From: an uncultured candidate division Zixibacteria bacterium
GTDB taxonomy: Bacteria; Zixibacteria; MSB-5A5; UBA10806
Length of the DNA stretch: 64,000 nt
Direction: 5' to 3'
NCBI GenBank assembly: GCA_963817915.1
Contig: CAWFQL010000009.1
Span: forward strand, 1 to 64,000
The notes beneath the pieces were generated by a model. It was not told the origin of the DNA, did not search any database, and was given only the letters and a program-made list of their open reading frames with translations. Made by a program: the position numbers and the translations under genes. Shown here one piece after another: positions 60,574 to 64,000 of the stretch. Position 1 is the first letter of the stretch; each line of letters opens with the position of its first letter.

Positions 60574-62598
60574 ATGTTTTTGCCAGAAATCAAACGAGCG
60601 AAATCATTAATAACGATCATGATTTTGCCCGTAATATTAGTCGTCATTACGACCGGTTGTAGTGTCAAAAAACCGCAGAGTCCGACATGGATAACCACAT
60701 GGGAAATCCCAATGACAAACAAGGTCTTCGAAATTTCTAATTTGTTGGATAAGATCGACAGCACCAATATTGTCTACGATGCCCAGGGCAATCCCGGATT
60801 CAATATTACCCAGAATTTTGACACGATCATGGTCGGAAATAGCCTCAGTGTTAATGGGATTTCGGTGGGCATTCACGATTCGATTGGAGTGGTTAATATC
60901 GATGCTCCAGCCGACGCCAACGCCACTACTAATTTGGGCGATCTTCTGCCGGTGTCGTTTGGAGTAGTGCCGCCTGCCTCTTTTAGTTTTAATCAGGCGT
61001 TACCCGCGCTCGATAAATTCAGCTGGATTGAGGCGCAAAGCGGCAACATGTCGCTTTCATTCTATAATGGCCTCGGTGTAGCCCTGGATTCGTTTAGAGT
61101 TACATTAATCGATCTGGCTGATATGCATACAGTGGGTGTCGCGGATTACCAGGGTCTGGCTAATCTTGAAACCAAGACTCAATCGATAGATATTTCGGGT
61201 CAGAGAATTTCCAATAATATAAGAATGGATTTCAGCGGCCATTGTCCCGGAGGCGTAGTCGTAGGATCGGCTCCGTATTTATTGAATGCGACAATGTCAT
61301 TTCCTGCTACGATAGCCGTAACTTCTGCCCGGGCCGAGGTTCCTGCATTTACGAAGACGCAATCGCAGGTGAGTTTCCTTAACGATTCTACATTGGTTGA
61401 TTCGGCTATTATAGCATCAGGATCATTACAATTGAATATCTCCAACTTCACTCAACTGCAATTTACCGTAGATATTCATTCGGCCAATTTCAGATATTTA
61501 GGCGCGGACCTCAATGTTGTTCGTCCTGTCGGGCCTGACAGCAGCGTACTGGTTAATATCGATCTCGCCGGATATCAATTTTTGCCGCTGGACAGCACTA
61601 CGTCGCAATACGTGCTTGTCGAATTGACAGCGGATATTCCCGGCTCGGCGCCATCTCAATATACTATAAATGCCAATGACAGCCTTGGTGTTAATGTTGA
61701 TCTTTCGCAGATCGATTTTTCGGCAGTCACTGGAAAAGTCGCACCTACGGTTATAGCCATCGCGCCAATTCAGCAAAATATTGATATACCAAACGGCTTG
61801 GATCAAGCTCAATTGACTCAGGCAATTTTCAATCTTAATCTCTTTAACAATAGTACCGTACCTGCGAATGTCGATTTGACGGTTTCAGGCAACGGTAAAA
61901 ATATATCGGTTTCCGGTTTGGTTGAGGGAAAATCAACACCATTGTCGGCGGCGGCTCAGACTATTTTGAGCGTCCCGTCTTCGGAGCTTTCCAATTTCCT
62001 TAATCCGCCGCCTGCACAAATTACAATTTCGGGCCAGGCAATAATAAATCCTGATTACGGTATCACGACTGTCACGAACAATGACTTCTTCTATGGCGAA
62101 GTCGAAATCAGTTCGCCGTTCGCGATGGCGATACTCGATACTATTGGTGTCGATCTCGATATTCAGAAAACCAATATTGACTCCAAATCGCGCCCGGAAA
62201 ATTTCCAGGAGACAGTCAAATATGGTACATTTGAAGCGAATATAGAAAACCATCTGCCTCTGGGTACTTCGTTGACAGTCTTTATCGGCATAGCTGGAGA
62301 TTCGACATTATACACCAGCGATTCAACATTGGTACTTGGTCCTTATATATTGGCTCCCGGTATCACTGATTCATTGGGTCGAGTAGCCCAATCGATAAAT
62401 TCGATTATTTCGGATTCGCTTGGAAGCGACCAGCTTCGAATCTTCGATCATGATTCGGTATTTATCGGTCAGCAGATAGATCTCTTGCCAACCGATTCAA
62501 TTGGCATTTTGGTCACAGGCACCGATTATGTGAGAATCATCGCCAACACCAGGATTCAATTACAGTTGGGCGACAACATGTGGAATAAAGGAAATTAG
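60574..62598 (+). CDS. Large beta-rich lipoprotein of unknown function
   Basis: ITTGC lipobox followed by P.SPTW; AAGGAGG RBS. Confidence 0.8.
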   Translation: MFLPEIKRAKSLITIMILPVILVVITTGCSVKKPQSPTWITTWEIPMTNKVFEISNLLDKIDSTNIVYDAQGNPGFNITQNFDTIMVGNSLSVNGISVGIHDSIGVVNIDAPADANATTNLGDLLPVSFGVVPPASFSFNQALPALDKFSWIEAQSGNMSLSFYNGLGVALDSFRVTLIDLADMHTVGVADYQGLANLETKTQSIDISGQRISNNIRMDFSGHCPGGVVVGSAPYLLNATMSFPATIAVTSARAEVPAFTKTQSQVSFLNDSTLVDSAIIASGSLQLNISNFTQLQFTVDIHSANFRYLGADLNVVRPVGPDSSVLVNIDLAGYQFLPLDSTTSQYVLVELTADIPGSAPSQYTINANDSLGVNVDLSQIDFSAVTGKVAPTVIAIAPIQQNIDIPNGLDQAQLTQAIFNLNLFNNSTVPANVDLTVSGNGKNISVSGLVEGKSTPLSAAAQTILSVPSSELSNFLNPPPAQITISGQAIINPDYGITTVTNNDFFYGEVEISSPFAMAILDTIGVDLDIQKTNIDSKSRPENFQETVKYGTFEANIENHLPLGTSLTVFIGIAGDSTLYTSDSTLVLGPYILAPGITDSLGRVAQSINSIISDSLGSDQLRIFDHDSVFIGQQIDLLPTDSIGILVTGTDYVRIIANTRIQLQLGDNMWNKGN

Positions 62599-62606
62599 GA
62601 GGGGCT

Positions 62607-63875
62607 ATGACAATAATCAAGAAAATCACAAACGCATTAATTTGCGGAATCGTAATTACAGGATTATTCGCCACGGCCGCCTTCGGCTCAGGCGAGTCGA
62701 ATCCACGGGCGATGGCAATGGGCGGGGCATATACAGCGCTCGCGAGAGATATCGAAGCTCCATACTGGAATCCCGCTAATCTGGGATTATCCGATGGCAA
62801 GGGCTTTACCATCAATTTTGTCAATGTCGGTCTCGATCTCAAGAATAACAGCTTTTCTCTTGCGGATTACAACAAATACAACGGGAAATTTCTGACAGAT
62901 AAAGACAAGAACGACATTCTGAATTCAATTCCATCGGACGGCCTTAACCTGAATTGCCTGGTGGAGGCGTCGGCACTGAATTTCTCTATAGGTAATTTTG
63001 CTGTTACATCGAGAGGATTCGGCGCGACATCATTTTCAATCGATAAAGACCCGTTCGAATTATTTTTCTACGGCAATGCCGTCAAGAACGATGTTTCGCT
63101 CGCTGATACCAAAGGGGAGGCCTATGGAATCGGCGACGCGGCGTTATCTTATGGGCAGGCAGTAAGAAGATGGCCGGGCGGCGAATTTACAGTTGGCGCG
63201 AGCTTCCATTATCTCCAAGGCTTAGCCTATGAAAAAGTGGTGGAAACCCAGGGGGGTATTTCCACTACCGATACCGGCTTTGTCGGTTCAGGATTGATGA
63301 GGCTTCATTCGGCATTAGGCGGTTCGGGGTATTCCGCTGATCTCGGTGTGGCCGTTCGTTTCAATGAAAACTGGTATTTCTCGGCCGGATGGCAAAACTT
63401 ATATAGCAAGATTAACTGGACAAACCAGCCCGAGGAAATGCTTTTCACATTCCAGATGGACCCGATTACTATCTCAGGTATGTCCGATAACAATGATTCA
63501 CTCGTAACCAATAGCGATACTACTTATGCAATCAACGGTTTTTCAACAACCCTGCCTGGATCGTTGAAATTCGGCTTGGCCCGTAAATATCGAAAAATTA
63601 CGTGGGCACTCGACTGGGATCAGAGTCTTTCAACCGGACAGGGCAGAAGCACCAACCCGAGAATATCTGGCGGACTTGAATATCGGCCAATCGGTTTATT
63701 CCCAATGAGAATAGGCATGGGCTTAGGCGGCAATCAGGGAGCGTCTTATTCGGCGGGCTTCGGATTGTATATGGGGCCATGTCATATGGATTTTGCCGTA
63801 GCCAATGCAGGTTCGCCGTCGCCAAGTCATACCAAGGGCGCGAAATTCGCATTTGGAATGGGACTCTACTTCTAA
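62607..63875 (+). CDS. Outer-membrane beta-barrel (PorV/TraF/DUF5723-like)
   Basis: Signal peptide; PRAMAMGGAYTALA..YWNPANL; terminal GLYF. Confidence 0.8.
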   Translation: MTIIKKITNALICGIVITGLFATAAFGSGESNPRAMAMGGAYTALARDIEAPYWNPANLGLSDGKGFTINFVNVGLDLKNNSFSLADYNKYNGKFLTDKDKNDILNSIPSDGLNLNCLVEASALNFSIGNFAVTSRGFGATSFSIDKDPFELFFYGNAVKNDVSLADTKGEAYGIGDAALSYGQAVRRWPGGEFTVGASFHYLQGLAYEKVVETQGGISTTDTGFVGSGLMRLHSALGGSGYSADLGVAVRFNENWYFSAGWQNLYSKINWTNQPEEMLFTFQMDPITISGMSDNNDSLVTNSDTTYAINGFSTTLPGSLKFGLARKYRKITWALDWDQSLSTGQGRSTNPRISGGLEYRPIGLFPMRIGMGLGGNQGASYSAGFGLYMGPCHMDFAVANAGSPSPSHTKGAKFAFGMGLYF

Positions 63876-63888
63876 GGGAGGCAATCTA

Positions 63889-64000
63889 ATGAAACGGATG
63901 AGAATCTCAGCAATAATATTACTGGCCGTTTGCGTGGCAATCGTATTCGGGGCGGCAGTGAGTGCTATGCCGCCATATCCGGGCCTGGAAAATAAGATAG
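63889..64000 (+). CDS. 5' end of an exported protein (possibly an M6-type metalloprotease), truncated by window edge
   Basis: GGGAGG RBS; signal peptide MKRMRISAIILLAVCVAIVFGAAVSA then MPPYP. The product guess is weak. Confidence 0.55.
   Translation, partial: MKRMRISAIILLAVCVAIVFGAAVSAMPPYPGLENKI

Overview
Bacterial chromosomal segment read with the standard genetic code. Dockerin-tagged and T9SS/FlgD-tagged exported proteins plus PorV/TonB loci suggest an FCB-group organism such as a Zixibacteria-like lineage (inference). The left half is mostly housekeeping: an Rrf2-sufCBD-Rieske-sufSU-sufT operon with a divergent rubrerythrin, pepA, thiC, rqcH, yicC-gmk-rpoZ-topA, xerC-hslVU-argF, nfnAB, cobO-trxB-lipA and an HD-GYP regulator. 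The right half is a secretome region. It includes a ~16 kb locus with a giant multi-OB-fold dockerin protein, a CTD protein, a second OB-fold dockerin protein, lipoproteins, a TonB-dependent receptor and PorV. FapA, tRNA-His and the start of another outer-membrane operon follow. Three things stand out. (1) The TonB/PorV locus carries five ExeM/YhcR-like double OB-fold modules but no recognisable catalytic enzyme, making it a candidate extracellular nucleic-acid capture system. (2) At least six families of REP-like hairpins occur, some with compensatory changes. They form inverted doublets, nest inside each other and bracket accessory genes; one case is a 171-bp direct repeat around a gene between topA and xerC, another a split duplication of two gene ends. 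(3) Single-base indels break sufS, sufD, xerC, argF and the giant surface protein, most likely long-read assembly errors. All family assignments come from motif recognition by eye; no database searches were run.
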